Below, in pieces: positions 24,431 through 34,854 of a stretch of 48,218 bases of DNA. The notes beneath the pieces were generated by a model. That model ran no database searches and had not been told where the DNA came from. It was given only the letters and a program-made list of their open reading frames with translations. The stretch's first letter is position 1; every line of letters starts with the position of its first letter. A program made the translations under genes and the position numbers. Source of the stretch: a bacterium (GTDB taxonomy: Bacteria; Patescibacteriota; Patescibacteriia; 2-12-FULL-60-25). The DNA is taken from assembly GCA_024654265.1 (NCBI GenBank), contig JANLIO010000059.1:1-48218 (forward strand), in the 5' to 3' direction.

Positions 24431-27400
24431 ATGTCCACCATGGCATTCCGACGTCTTCCACCTAAGGAAACGGCACGTCGTTATTTTACAGCCGCACGCG
24501 ATGCAATCGCGTTGCCGGATCTCATCGAGGTCCAAAAGCAGAGTTACGATTGGTTCTTGAAAGAAGGAATCCGTGACTTGTTCAACGAGGTTAGTCCGGT
24601 AAAAGATTTTATCGGTCGAGATCTTGAGCTCACATTTACAGATTATTATTTTGACGAACCAAAGTTCGACGAAGTCACGTCCAAAGCAAAGAAGGTGAAC
24701 TACGAATCTCCGATTCGTGTGAAGACGAAGTTGGTAAACAAGCGCACAGGTGAATCACAGGAGCAGGAAGTGTATCTTGGTGACCTCCCCATCATGACGG
24801 ATCGGGGAACATTTATTGTAAACGGAATTGAGCGTGTGGTCGTGACACAGCTTGTCCGAAGTTCAGGTGCCTTTTTTACGGCCGTCGCACATCGTGGCCG
24901 TCGTCATTACGGTGCAAAGGTTATTCCAAACCGTGGCGCATGGCTTGAATTTGAAACAGACTCCAAGAATGTTATTTGGGTGAAGATTGATCGAAAGCGC
25001 AAAGTTGCAGCAACATCACTTTTGCGTGCATTTGGTTTTGCAACGGATGAAGAGATCAAAGCTCTTTTTACAGAGGTTGATATTCATCCGGTGATTAAAT
25101 ACATTGATGCAACGTTGGCAAAAGATCTTGCAAAAAATGAAGAAGAAGGATCGATTGAAGTGTACAAGCGTATTCGTCCGGGAGATTTAGCAACATCGGA
25201 TAACGCGCGATCATTGATTCACTCGATGTTCTTTAATTTTGATCGATACGATCTTGGAAATGTTGGACGATATAAATTTAATCATCGTTTTGGTGTTGAT
25301 GCGAATGCCGGAGATGTTTCAAAAGAAGAGAATCGTATTTTGACGAAGGAAGATCTCGTTATGATTCTTCGCGAAGTTATTCGCTTGAACATTTCTCAGG
25401 AAGAACCGGATGATGTTGACCACCTTGGAAACCGACGTGTGCGTGCGGTTGGTGAACTCGTGCAAGGACGATTCCGCATTGGGCTCGCTCGCATGGAGCG
25501 CATTATCAAGGATCGAATGTCTACGCTTGAAATCACAACACTTCGACCGGCGAAGTTGGTGAATGCTCGACCGGTGATCGGTGCAATTCGTGAGTTCTTT
25601 ATGAGCTCGCAGTTGTCGCAGTTCATGGATCAAACAAATCCATTGTCATCACTCGAACACAAGCGACGTCTTTCTGCGATGGGGCCGGGTGGTTTGTCGC
25701 GAGAGCGTGCAGGATTTGATGTTCGCGACGTTCATCGAACGCACTATGGTCGTATTTGTCCGATCGCATCTCCGGAAGGACCGAACATTGGACTTGTCGG
25801 TCACTTGGCGACATACGCGCGTATTAATGATTTTGGATTTATTGAAACGCCATACCGAAAAGTAAAAAACTGGGCAGGAAATGACGGGAAGGATGCGATT
25901 GGCGAAACACTCCGCGTTGATGTTTCAGATGGTTCAGGGAGTGTTATCGGAAAAGCAAATGAAGACGTGACGAAAGAATTGGCAAAGGCATTGAAAGATA
26001 TCTCCATGCCGAAGATTCCGATCATCCCTCGCGTATTAACGGAGATTGTTTTCTTAAATGCGTTTGCGGAAGAACGTGGAACCACGGCACCGGCAACAAC
26101 ACCGATTGGCAAAGATGGACGTTTCCTCGTCCAACGTGCGAGTGCGCGTAAACACGGTGAGCCAACCATGGTTGATGTGCATGAAATTGAATTTGTTGAC
26201 GTATCATCAAAGCAGATTTTGTCTGTCGGAACGTCATTGATTCCATTCGTTGAACACGACGATGGTCAGCGCGCGCTCATGGGAACGAACATGCAACGTC
26301 AGGCTGTTCCGTGTGTGAAACCGGATGCGCCAATTGTTGGAACGGGCGTTGAACGACGAGCCGCGATTGATGCAGGTGACGTTGTGATTGCAGATGAAGG
26401 TGGTGTCGTTGTGTCGCTTGCGGGTGATCATGTGGAGTTGAAAACAGAGAGTGGAAATATTCGTCGGTATGATTTGGTAAAATTCCAACGATCAAACAGC
26501 TCAACGTGTATTAACCAAATTCCACGTGTTGAAAAAGGACAGAAAGTTCATGCGGGCGAAGTGTTGATTGATGGAACATCGTGTGAAAATGGTGAACTCG
26601 CGTTAGGTCAAAACCTCTTGTGTGCCTTCCTTTCATGGGATGGGTACAACTATGAGGATGCGATCATTTTGTCTGAACGGCTTGTGCACAAAGATCGATT
26701 TACATCAATCCATATTGAACACTTCCCACTGGATGTACGCGATACAAAGCTTGGTCCTGAAGTTGTGACAGCAGATATTCCAAACGTCTCTGAAGAAAAA
26801 TTAAAGAACTTGGATGAGATGGGAATCGTTCGCGTTGGAGCCGAAGTAAAATCCGGTGATATTTTGGTCGGAAAGATTACGCCAAAGGGTGAAACAGATC
26901 TTTCCGCAGAAGAGAAATTGCTCCGTGCTATTTTTGGAGAAAAGGCTCGCGATGTACGCGACACGTCGTTGTATCTACAACATGGCGGACACGGAAAAGT
27001 GGTTGGCGTTACCATCTTCTCTCGTGAAGCCGGTGATAAATTACAGCCGGGTGTGACAAAACAGATTGTTGTATCCATCGCTGACCTTCGTAAGGTTCAG
27101 GTTGGAGACAAGCTTGCAGGACGCCACGGAAACAAAGGTGTGATCTCAAAGATTGTTCCGCTCGCAGACATGCCATTCATGGAAGATGGAACACCGGTCG
27201 ACATCATCCTTTCTCCGCTCGGTGTTGTTTCTCGTATGAACCTTGGACAGATTTTGGAAACACACCTTGGACTTGCAGCGAATGCGTTGGGATATACGGT
27301 TGCGACACCAGTGTTTGACGGTGTTTCAGAAACAACGATTCGCGAAGAACTTTTGAAAGCCGGATTCCCAGAAGACGGAAAAATCGCGGTGTATGACGGT

Positions 27401-27871
27401 CGTACAGGAGATGCGTACGAGCATAAGCCGACGGTTGGATACATCTACATGCTGAAATTGAATCACATGGTTGAAGATAAGATTCACCAACGATCAATCG
27501 GGCCATACTCCCTTATCACTCAGCAACCACTTGGTGGAAAAGCACAGTCTGGTGGGCAACGCTTCGGAGAAATGGAAGTGTGGGCGCTTGAAGCCTATGG
27601 CGCGGCGCATACATTGCAGGAAGTTTTGACCATCAAGTCAGACGATGTGCCAGGACGATCCAAGGCGTATGAATCTATCATTAAAAAAGAACCAATCCGA
27701 AAGGTAAACGTACCAGAGTCATTCAACGTTCTTGTCCGCGAATTAAAGGGACTCTGTCTGGATGTTGAGCTCTTGAAAGAAGGACATCGTATTGATGAAA
27801 CCGGGCCTCGTCGTACCCGATCATCCGCACCAAAGAATGAAACAGAGTGGGGACCTAGTTCTTCGTCGTAG
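24431..27871 (+). CDS. rpoB: DNA-directed RNA polymerase subunit beta
   Basis: Conserved RpoB blocks throughout (e.g. GNRRVR, GPGGL, NMQRQAVP, GRHGNKGV). Start at ATG 24431 or 24440; the track start at 24392 is less likely. Confidence 0.97.
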   Translation: MSTMAFRRLPPKETARRYFTAARDAIALPDLIEVQKQSYDWFLKEGIRDLFNEVSPVKDFIGRDLELTFTDYYFDEPKFDEVTSKAKKVNYESPIRVKTKLVNKRTGESQEQEVYLGDLPIMTDRGTFIVNGIERVVVTQLVRSSGAFFTAVAHRGRRHYGAKVIPNRGAWLEFETDSKNVIWVKIDRKRKVAATSLLRAFGFATDEEIKALFTEVDIHPVIKYIDATLAKDLAKNEEEGSIEVYKRIRPGDLATSDNARSLIHSMFFNFDRYDLGNVGRYKFNHRFGVDANAGDVSKEENRILTKEDLVMILREVIRLNISQEEPDDVDHLGNRRVRAVGELVQGRFRIGLARMERIIKDRMSTLEITTLRPAKLVNARPVIGAIREFFMSSQLSQFMDQTNPLSSLEHKRRLSAMGPGGLSRERAGFDVRDVHRTHYGRICPIASPEGPNIGLVGHLATYARINDFGFIETPYRKVKNWAGNDGKDAIGETLRVDVSDGSGSVIGKANEDVTKELAKALKDISMPKIPIIPRVLTEIVFLNAFAEERGTTAPATTPIGKDGRFLVQRASARKHGEPTMVDVHEIEFVDVSSKQILSVGTSLIPFVEHDDGQRALMGTNMQRQAVPCVKPDAPIVGTGVERRAAIDAGDVVIADEGGVVVSLAGDHVELKTESGNIRRYDLVKFQRSNSSTCINQIPRVEKGQKVHAGEVLIDGTSCENGELALGQNLLCAFLSWDGYNYEDAIILSERLVHKDRFTSIHIEHFPLDVRDTKLGPEVVTADIPNVSEEKLKNLDEMGIVRVGAEVKSGDILVGKITPKGETDLSAEEKLLRAIFGEKARDVRDTSLYLQHGGHGKVVGVTIFSREAGDKLQPGVTKQIVVSIADLRKVQVGDKLAGRHGNKGVISKIVPLADMPFMEDGTPVDIILSPLGVVSRMNLGQILETHLGLAANALGYTVATPVFDGVSETTIREELLKAGFPEDGKIAVYDGRTGDAYEHKPTVGYIYMLKLNHMVEDKIHQRSIGPYSLITQQPLGGKAQSGGQRFGEMEVWALEAYGAAHTLQEVLTIKSDDVPGRSKAYESIIKKEPIRKVNVPESFNVLVRELKGLCLDVELLKEGHRIDETGPRRTRSSAPKNETEWGPSSSS

Positions 27872-27930
27872 AACGTAGAACGTATTACGTATCATTTAAG
27901 ATAACGATTCACGAAACACGATCTACGAAA
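27864..27930. repeat. Heptad-phased CG tract in the rpoB-rpoC spacer
   Basis: CGTA at 27867, 27874, 27881 and 27888. ACG at 27904, 27911, 27918 and 27925. Two blocks of four 7-nt units. Confidence 0.8.
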
Positions 27931-27933
27931 CAT

Positions 27934-30900
27934 ATGGCTTATTTCCAAACAGAAAACATCAAGACAACAGACTTCGATGCAATCCGATTGAAGCTCGCGT
28001 CCCCTGAGATCATTCGAGCGTGGTCCTACGGTGAGATCATGAAGCCGGAGACGATCAACTATCGAACACAGAAGCCTGAAAAGTCAGGACTCTTTGCCGA
28101 AGAAATTTTTGGTCCATCAAAAGACTGGGAATGTTATTGCGGGAAGTATAAGAAGATTCGATATAAGGGTATTATTTGCGACAAGTGTGGCGTTGAAGTG
28201 ACGCACTCGCTCGTTCGTCGTGAACGAATGGGTCACATTGAATTGGCGGCACCGGTTTCGCATATTTGGTTTTTGCGTGGCGTACCGTCACGAATTGGAA
28301 CCGTGCTCGATATGTCTGTGCAGTCACTTGAAAAAGTTATTTACTTCGCATCATTCATTGTGACTGAAGTGAAGGAAGAATTACGTGAACAAGTCGCATT
28401 ACAAATAAAGACGGAATTCGCAGGAAAGAAAAAAGCGATTGAAGGTGACTTTACGCGTGATGAAAAGCAGGCGACAGAAACGATTGAGGGTCAAGAGGCG
28501 CTTGAGACACGAATGATCGAACTTGCGGGAACAAAAACACGTCGGCTTGAAGAGCTTGATGAAGAGTTCAAAATGTCTGAAAAGGAATTGAAAGAATTGA
28601 AACCGCTCAAGATCATGAGTGAGAATGAGTATCATGAACTTTCATTGAAGTACGGACATATTTTTGAAGCGAAGATTGGTGCAGAAGCAATCAACGATCT
28701 TTTGAGCAAGATTGATGTTCAAGCGACAATTGATGCTCTTGAAGCAGAGCACGTAGATGCATCAGAAGCACGGAAAGATCGTATTGTTCGCCGATTGAAG
28801 CTTTTGAAATCACTTGTTCTCCAAGATATTTTTCCAGACTGGATGGTGTTGAAAGTTGTTCCGGTTATTCCACCAGACCTTCGTCCAATGGTCGCGCTTG
28901 ATGGTGGTCGTTTCGCAACATCAGACTTGAACGATTTGTATCGTCGCGTGATTAACCGAAACAACCGTTTGAAACGATTGAAGGAGTTGAATGCTCCTGA
29001 GGTTATCTCACGGAATGAAAAACGCATGTTGCAGGAAGCGGTTGATGCGCTTATTGATAACAGCGCACGCCATTCAAAGACTGTCATTGCGGCAACGGGA
29101 AAGAAGCGACAGTTGAAATCACTCGCTGACCTTTTGAAGGGAAAGCAGGGACGTTTCCGACAGAACCTTCTTGGAAAGCGCGTCGACTATTCCGGTCGAT
29201 CCGTGATTGTCGTTGGACCAACACTCGATTTTCATCAGTGTGGATTACCAAAGATCATGGCGCGAGAGTTGTTTAAGCCATTCATTATCGCGGAGCTCAT
29301 CAAGCGCGAATTGGTTCACAACATTCGTTCAGCAAATCGATTTATCGAAGCAGATCATCCTGAGGTGTGGGATATTTTGGAAGTGATTGCGGCAGATTCG
29401 GTTGTGCTCTTGAACCGTGCTCCAACCCTTCACCGTTTGGGTATTCAGGGTTTTCAACCAAAACTCATTGAAGGAAAAGCAATTCAGATTCATCCAATGG
29501 TCTGTCCTGCTTTTAACGCTGACTTTGATGGTGACCAGATGGCTGTTCACGTTCCGTTGACAGCAGAGGCTCGTGAGGAAGCGAAGAACATCATGCTTTC
29601 AACGAAGAACTTGCTGAAACCGGCAACCGGGCAACCAGTGGCACGGCCAGACAAAGACATCGCGTGGGGATGCTATTACATGACAACGATGGTTGAGCCG
29701 GAAAATGGAAAAATAAAAACATTTGGCACAGCCGCGGAAGCGATTTGTACGTATCAGCTTGGTCGACTCAGCATTCGTGAGAAAATTAAAACACGATTAC
29801 AAATCGGCGGAGAAATATTGGAGACAACGGTCGGTCGTGTGTTATTGAATGATTTGTTTCCAAAAGAAATTTCATTCCGAAATGAAGCGATTGGTACAAA
29901 ACAGTTGGGTGAAATTACGCGAACAAGTCTTGAGATCCGTGGCTTTGAGCGAACGGCTCGATTCCTTGATGAAGTAAAGAACATGGGCTTCTCGTACATC
30001 ACCAAATCTGGATTTTCGTACGGAATGGGTGACCTTCCAAAGCTCGATGCAAAGCGCGAAGTGTTGGATGAGGGAGAGGCGAAACAAGCCATGGTCGAAG
30101 GACAATATAAAGATGGTTTGTTAACGAGGAAAGAACGGTACGCGCAGATCATTAAGATTTGGACGGACGTGAAAGATCGAATTCAGAAAATGTCTAAAGA
30201 TTCATTGACGCCAAATGAAACCGTGGCATCCATGATCGACTCCGGTGCTCGTGGTTCGTTAGGTCAGCTGACAAACGTGATCGGGATGAAGGGTCTTGTG
30301 GCAAACCCAGCCGGTGACATTATCGAGCTCCCAATCAAATCATCATTACGCGAAGGGTTGGACGTGCTTGAGTACTTCATCTCTTCTCACGGGACACGAA
30401 AGGGTTTGACAGACACGGCGTTGAAGACAGCAAACGCCGGATATCTGACACGTCGTCTCGTTGACGTTGCGCAAGATGTCATCATTATGGATGAAGATTG
30501 TGGCGACACAGATGGTGTGGTTCTTGTCCACGAAGAATGTGAAGAAATCGGAGAACCACTTTTGACTCGTCTCATGGGACGCGTTGCAATGTCGCCGATC
30601 AAAAATCCAAAGACAAACCGCTCTGTTATCGTGAAAGCCGGAGAGCTCATCGTTGAGGATCACATTCGTGCGATTGAAGCCACGGGTGAAATATTGAAAG
30701 AAGCGCACGTACGATCCGTTTTAACGTGTAAGCTCCGCTCAGGTTTGTGTGCACAGTGCTACGGCTACGATCTTGCCTACAACCGATTGGTTGGGCTTGG
30801 AACGGCCGTTGGTATTGTCGCTGCCCAGTCCATTGGTGAACCGGGGACACAGCTGACAATGCGTACGTTCCACACAGGAGGTGTTGCAGGAACCGACATC

Positions 30901-31887
30901 ACACAGGGTCTCCCACGTGTTGAAGAATTATTCGAAGCGCGTCAGCCAAAACACAAAGCACTTGTAACGGATGTGGCTGGCAAGGTGTCTGTTATTCAGG
31001 GGGAGCGTCGTATTATTGAAACGCCGTCTGGAGAACGTGTCTTGGATCAAGAGTCGGGTGGAAAGATTATTCAAATTGAATTCATCGATGTACGTGAAGA
31101 TGTGTATCCTCCTCTCAAAAAGTCAGATGTTGTGAAAGTGAAGGATGGTGACACTGTGGTCGAAGGACAAGTCCTTGTTGTTCACGCAACAGGTGAAGAA
31201 GAGGTTGCTCCACAGCACGGAACGGTTACAGTCGATGGGAAGAAACTGAAATTGATTTGGAACGGTCCGGCGAAAAAAGAATATTTAGTTCCAACCGGAT
31301 TCCAGGTATACGTGAAAGATGGAGACGAGGTATTGGAAGGTGATCAATTAACTGAAGGTCACTTGGACCTCACACAGCTCTTCCGATTGAAGGGACGTGA
31401 TGCCGTTATGCGTTATCTTCTTCGTGAGGTGCTCCACATCTACGCGTCACAGGGACAACGATTAAACGCAAAGCATATTGAAATTATCGTTCGCCAAATG
31501 TTCTCACGAACGTATGTGAAGGACGCGAAAGATACATTGCTTTTGCCAGGCGAAGTGGTTGACCGACTTCGAGCCGAGGGAGAGAATGAAGAGGCGGAGC
31601 AAAAAGGAGTTGTGCCGGCAGAGCTTGAAAATCTCTTTATGGGGATCACGAAGGTTTCGCTCACAACAGAATCATTCCTTTCGGCAGCTTCTTTCCAAGA
31701 AACCGCGCGTGTATTAATTAACGCCGCAGTAACCGGAAAGATTGATACGCTTGATGGATTGAAGGAAAATGTCATCATCGGACGTCTTATCCCATCGGGA
31801 ACCGGCTTTTCATCATATAAAGACGGTGTCTTGATCGAACAGCCGGAAGACGTTGTTGAAGAAAAAGTAATTGAAGAAAATGCGTAA
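27934..31887 (+). CDS. rpoC: DNA-directed RNA polymerase subunit beta prime
   Basis: 1317 aa. Catalytic NADFDGDQM. Zn-binding Cys cluster near the N-terminus. Confidence 0.98.
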   Translation: MAYFQTENIKTTDFDAIRLKLASPEIIRAWSYGEIMKPETINYRTQKPEKSGLFAEEIFGPSKDWECYCGKYKKIRYKGIICDKCGVEVTHSLVRRERMGHIELAAPVSHIWFLRGVPSRIGTVLDMSVQSLEKVIYFASFIVTEVKEELREQVALQIKTEFAGKKKAIEGDFTRDEKQATETIEGQEALETRMIELAGTKTRRLEELDEEFKMSEKELKELKPLKIMSENEYHELSLKYGHIFEAKIGAEAINDLLSKIDVQATIDALEAEHVDASEARKDRIVRRLKLLKSLVLQDIFPDWMVLKVVPVIPPDLRPMVALDGGRFATSDLNDLYRRVINRNNRLKRLKELNAPEVISRNEKRMLQEAVDALIDNSARHSKTVIAATGKKRQLKSLADLLKGKQGRFRQNLLGKRVDYSGRSVIVVGPTLDFHQCGLPKIMARELFKPFIIAELIKRELVHNIRSANRFIEADHPEVWDILEVIAADSVVLLNRAPTLHRLGIQGFQPKLIEGKAIQIHPMVCPAFNADFDGDQMAVHVPLTAEAREEAKNIMLSTKNLLKPATGQPVARPDKDIAWGCYYMTTMVEPENGKIKTFGTAAEAICTYQLGRLSIREKIKTRLQIGGEILETTVGRVLLNDLFPKEISFRNEAIGTKQLGEITRTSLEIRGFERTARFLDEVKNMGFSYITKSGFSYGMGDLPKLDAKREVLDEGEAKQAMVEGQYKDGLLTRKERYAQIIKIWTDVKDRIQKMSKDSLTPNETVASMIDSGARGSLGQLTNVIGMKGLVANPAGDIIELPIKSSLREGLDVLEYFISSHGTRKGLTDTALKTANAGYLTRRLVDVAQDVIIMDEDCGDTDGVVLVHEECEEIGEPLLTRLMGRVAMSPIKNPKTNRSVIVKAGELIVEDHIRAIEATGEILKEAHVRSVLTCKLRSGLCAQCYGYDLAYNRLVGLGTAVGIVAAQSIGEPGTQLTMRTFHTGGVAGTDITQGLPRVEELFEARQPKHKALVTDVAGKVSVIQGERRIIETPSGERVLDQESGGKIIQIEFIDVREDVYPPLKKSDVVKVKDGDTVVEGQVLVVHATGEEEVAPQHGTVTVDGKKLKLIWNGPAKKEYLVPTGFQVYVKDGDEVLEGDQLTEGHLDLTQLFRLKGRDAVMRYLLREVLHIYASQGQRLNAKHIEIIVRQMFSRTYVKDAKDTLLLPGEVVDRLRAEGENEEAEQKGVVPAELENLFMGITKVSLTTESFLSAASFQETARVLINAAVTGKIDTLDGLKENVIIGRLIPSGTGFSSYKDGVLIEQPEDVVEEKVIEENA

Positions 31888-32423
31888 TGTCAGGACATAG
31901 TAAATGGCACAAAGTTCGTCAGTTTAAAGGAGCCGTTGATGCAAAACGATCAGCGTCATTTACGAAATTGGCACGCGAAGTAACCGTAGCCGCACGTGAA
32001 GGAGGGGGAGACCCCGACATGAACGTGCGGCTTCGTGTTGCCATTGATCATGCAAAGAAGGAGTCCATGCCAAAGGAGGGCATTGAGCGAGCGATTGATC
32101 GCGGAACAGGTGCATCCAAAGGTGATATCTTAGAAGAATGCATTTACGGCGCGTACGTTTCGGGTGGGGCCGCAATTTTGATTGCGTGTACAACGGACAA
32201 TCGGAATCGTACGGTTGCAGAAGTAAAAAATACACTTACAAAGCAGGGAGTTCATTTTGCAGATGCATCATCGGTGACCTATTTGTTTACGCACGAAGGT
32301 TGGGAGTGGAAACCAATCATGACAATCGAATTATCCGATGAGGACGGTGAAAAGCTTTCGAGTGTTATTGAAGCATTGGATCATTTGGATGACGTTGCTG
32401 AGGTCTATACGAACGCGAATTAA
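31887..32423 (+). CDS. yebC: YebC/PmpR-family protein, short form (178 aa)
   Basis: MSGHSKWHKV N-terminus and a conserved C-terminal LDDVAEVYTN-type motif. ATG overlaps the rpoC TAA (TAATG). Confidence 0.85.
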   Translation: MSGHSKWHKVRQFKGAVDAKRSASFTKLAREVTVAAREGGGDPDMNVRLRVAIDHAKKESMPKEGIERAIDRGTGASKGDILEECIYGAYVSGGAAILIACTTDNRNRTVAEVKNTLTKQGVHFADASSVTYLFTHEGWEWKPIMTIELSDEDGEKLSSVIEALDHLDDVAEVYTNAN

Positions 32424-32482
32424 TTTTTGTCTTTTCGACTTTTGCGGAGTTTGTCTACGAGGGAACCTCCGCTGTGGTCGAA

Positions 32483-33010
32483 ATGACAGAAAAAACGTAT
32501 CCAATTTCTCTTCGAATACTCGGAATTGATCCCGGCTTTGGTCGTACCGGGCTTGGTGTTGTGGATTTGATTGGAAATGACGCAATACACGTTTGGCATG
32601 AGGTTATTGAAACCTCGCCTGATATGTCTTTTGTGGAGCGAATACAGATTGTGCGCAATGATCTTGTTGAAGTAATCCGTCGTTTCTCGCCTCATGTTGC
32701 TTCTGTTGAAGATCTTTTTTTTCAATCAAATGCAAAGACTGCTATGAAGGTGGGAATGGCGCGTGGTGTTTTGTTGCTTGGATGTGCTGACGCCGGGCTT
32801 CCGATTGTTGAGGTTAAACCAAATGAATTGAAGCTTGGAATTACAGGCTACGGAAAAGCGGATAAAAAGCAGGTTGAAGAAATGGTTGTTCGACTTTTAA
32901 AAATGGATCATGCACCCGATCTCGACGATGCCTCTGATGCACTTGCGCTCGCGATTGTTGGTGGATTCATGTATCGAACAATGGGAAAAGTAGACTCTGG
33001 TGGCGTGTAA
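32483..33010 (+). CDS. ruvC: Crossover junction endodeoxyribonuclease RuvC
   Basis: ILGIDPGFGRTGLGV catalytic N-terminus. C-terminal DASDALALAI motif. Confidence 0.93.
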   Translation: MTEKTYPISLRILGIDPGFGRTGLGVVDLIGNDAIHVWHEVIETSPDMSFVERIQIVRNDLVEVIRRFSPHVASVEDLFFQSNAKTAMKVGMARGVLLLGCADAGLPIVEVKPNELKLGITGYGKADKKQVEEMVVRLLKMDHAPDLDDASDALALAIVGGFMYRTMGKVDSGGV

Positions 33011-33079
33011 CTGGGATAGAAAGGGAGTTGGGCGTGGGTTTATACCGATAGAACTACGTTTCTGCTATTCTATATTGAT

Positions 33080-34105
33080 ATGTTATTCACATCACGATTT
33101 CGTAGCCAAACAGCCGTAGTAGCTGGAGTGCTATTCTTGTTCGCATTTGTTATTTTAGCTCCGTCTGCAAACGCGGCATGTAGCGTGACACTTACGGACG
33201 GAGACTTGATTGTGAATCCAATTGCGCCGATAGTGGATGATTTTGTAAAACTTTACGTGACAGTTGACCCGAATTGCTCGTTGGATCTTGAAGGCTGGGT
33301 TACATTTCGTGCCGATGATTCACAACTTGGTCAGAAACCATTTTCATATAAATCCTCGGGAAAGCCAGAGGAGGTTTGGATTGGATGGACGCCAACAACA
33401 GCAAAGACGTATCTTATCCAAGTAGACGTCAGTAGTGTTGAAGAGGGGGGCATTATCCCAGCGTCGCTGACCCGTGCTGTTTTAGTTGATGTTGATATAG
33501 ACAATGACGGTGTGGGCGATTCGATTGATACAGATGATGATAATGACGGCGTATTGGATGTGAACGATGATTTTCCTTTGGATCCGTCAAAGCAAACGGA
33601 TACAGATGGCGATGGCATCGATAATTCAGTTGATTCGGATGATGATAACGATGGACTTTACGATTATAAGGAGGTGGTTCTACAAACAAATCCTGAAAAT
33701 CATGATACAGACGGGGATGGTGCGTGGGATAAGCAGGATGCTTTTCCTCTTGATCCGTCAAAAACAGAAGAAGTGGTGGTTGTTCCTGCTGTGGTGAGTC
33801 ATTCAAATCCAGACTCTCAAAATACAGCAACCACTTTTGGGATTGGCGAAATCGATACAGGATCTGTTGATGAGCGGAATTCGGAAGAGGGCGCTGATGA
33901 AACGCCACGTCGTTTATATGTGAATGCGGAACGAACCATTGAACCTGTAGAAGATCCGGGAGAAGACGTTCAGGCTGTGGAACAAGAAGATTTAAAAGCA
34001 CGGAGTAAAAAAACACCATGGCTGTGGGGATTGGCTGCGTCGTTCCTTTCTCTTTCCGGTTTCTTTTTGCAAAAAGATCATAAACGACGTAAGGATATGG
34101 GATAA
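33080..34105 (+). CDS. Secreted protein with thrombospondin type-3-like Ca-binding repeats and a C-terminal TM anchor
   Basis: Signal peptide. Repeated DxDxDGxxDxxD motifs (DTDGDGIDNSVDSDDDNDG). C-terminal hydrophobic helix plus KRRK. Confidence 0.7.
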   Translation: MLFTSRFRSQTAVVAGVLFLFAFVILAPSANAACSVTLTDGDLIVNPIAPIVDDFVKLYVTVDPNCSLDLEGWVTFRADDSQLGQKPFSYKSSGKPEEVWIGWTPTTAKTYLIQVDVSSVEEGGIIPASLTRAVLVDVDIDNDGVGDSIDTDDDNDGVLDVNDDFPLDPSKQTDTDGDGIDNSVDSDDDNDGLYDYKEVVLQTNPENHDTDGDGAWDKQDAFPLDPSKTEEVVVVPAVVSHSNPDSQNTATTFGIGEIDTGSVDERNSEEGADETPRRLYVNAERTIEPVEDPGEDVQAVEQEDLKARSKKTPWLWGLAASFLSLSGFFLQKDHKRRKDMG

Positions 34106-34130
34106 AAAAAGAGGCTCCAGTTGTGGAGCC
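34104..34130 (-). terminator. Intrinsic terminator for the minus-strand gene ending at 34154
   Basis: Stem GGCTCCA/TGGAGCC with a 4-nt loop. The T-run is on the minus strand (plus-strand A-run at 34104-34110). Confidence 0.7.
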
Positions 34131-34153
34131 TAAGACCTTTGAGTTTTTGGTTG

Positions 34154-34648
34154 TTACTCTCGATAGATGAAACGGGCGCTTTCCCGTTTTTCGGGGATCT
34201 TCGAAGTCGCTGTCATCGCGTTTGTAAATTCTTCTGCTGGAACACGGACCATGAGTGTTTGTGACCCGATCTCCAGACTGAATTCGATGTATTCACCATC
34301 TACGTTGATTTCGAGTACGCTATCTTTGGCAAGAATATGCTCGATCAACGCGCTTTTGAATCGGTTCATGTTTTCGGCTCGAAAGATCTCGAATACGATA
34401 TGAGTGCTCACATTCCAAATCGGAAGTTCTGTGATGTTGAGGCAGTCGTCGAATTCGTAACGATCTCTTTCATTCCCGTCTCTCTCAAACGAGAGCGCGA
34501 GAGTCGCTGTGTCTCCCGTGACATTGATTCTGATAACAATCAGACAGATCGTAATTCTCTCGGGGAGAACGTCATTGTCATCAATGATGGTGTCGATTGG
34601 TTTTGGATCGTAGGCGTTGAAGCTTCTGTCGATGTCGCGAGGTTCCAT
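34154..34648 (-). CDS. Hypothetical cytoplasmic protein (164 aa), GC-richer orphan
   Basis: AGGAGGA lies 7 nt before the ATG. Own consensus promoter and terminator. No family recognised. Confidence 0.6.
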   Translation of the reverse strand: MEPRDIDRSFNAYDPKPIDTIIDDNDVLPERITICLIVIRINVTGDTATLALSFERDGNERDRYEFDDCLNITELPIWNVSTHIVFEIFRAENMNRFKSALIEHILAKDSVLEINVDGEYIEFSLEIGSQTLMVRVPAEEFTNAMTATSKIPEKRESARFIYRE

Positions 34649-34730
34649 GTTGCATTCCTCCTGCCGGGGTACGGCGTTTTGTTGAAAGGACGATGATCAA
34701 GATGATGATCGTTTCGAGTAGAGCTCATTT

Positions 34731-34759
34731 TGTATATCAGAGAATGAACATCATGTCAA
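34731..34759 (-). promoter_or_regulatory. Near-consensus promoter TTGACA-17-TATACA on the minus strand
   Basis: Plus-strand TGTCAA at 34754-34759 and TGTATA at 34731-34736, with an exact 17-nt spacer. Confidence 0.6.
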
Positions 34760-34854
34760 TACTATTTGTCCTGTTTTTGCATTGTTATTTCAAGGGATCC
34801 ATGATAGGATTTTATCAGTGAAAAATGATTTTTTAGGTTTGAATTTGAAGAATT

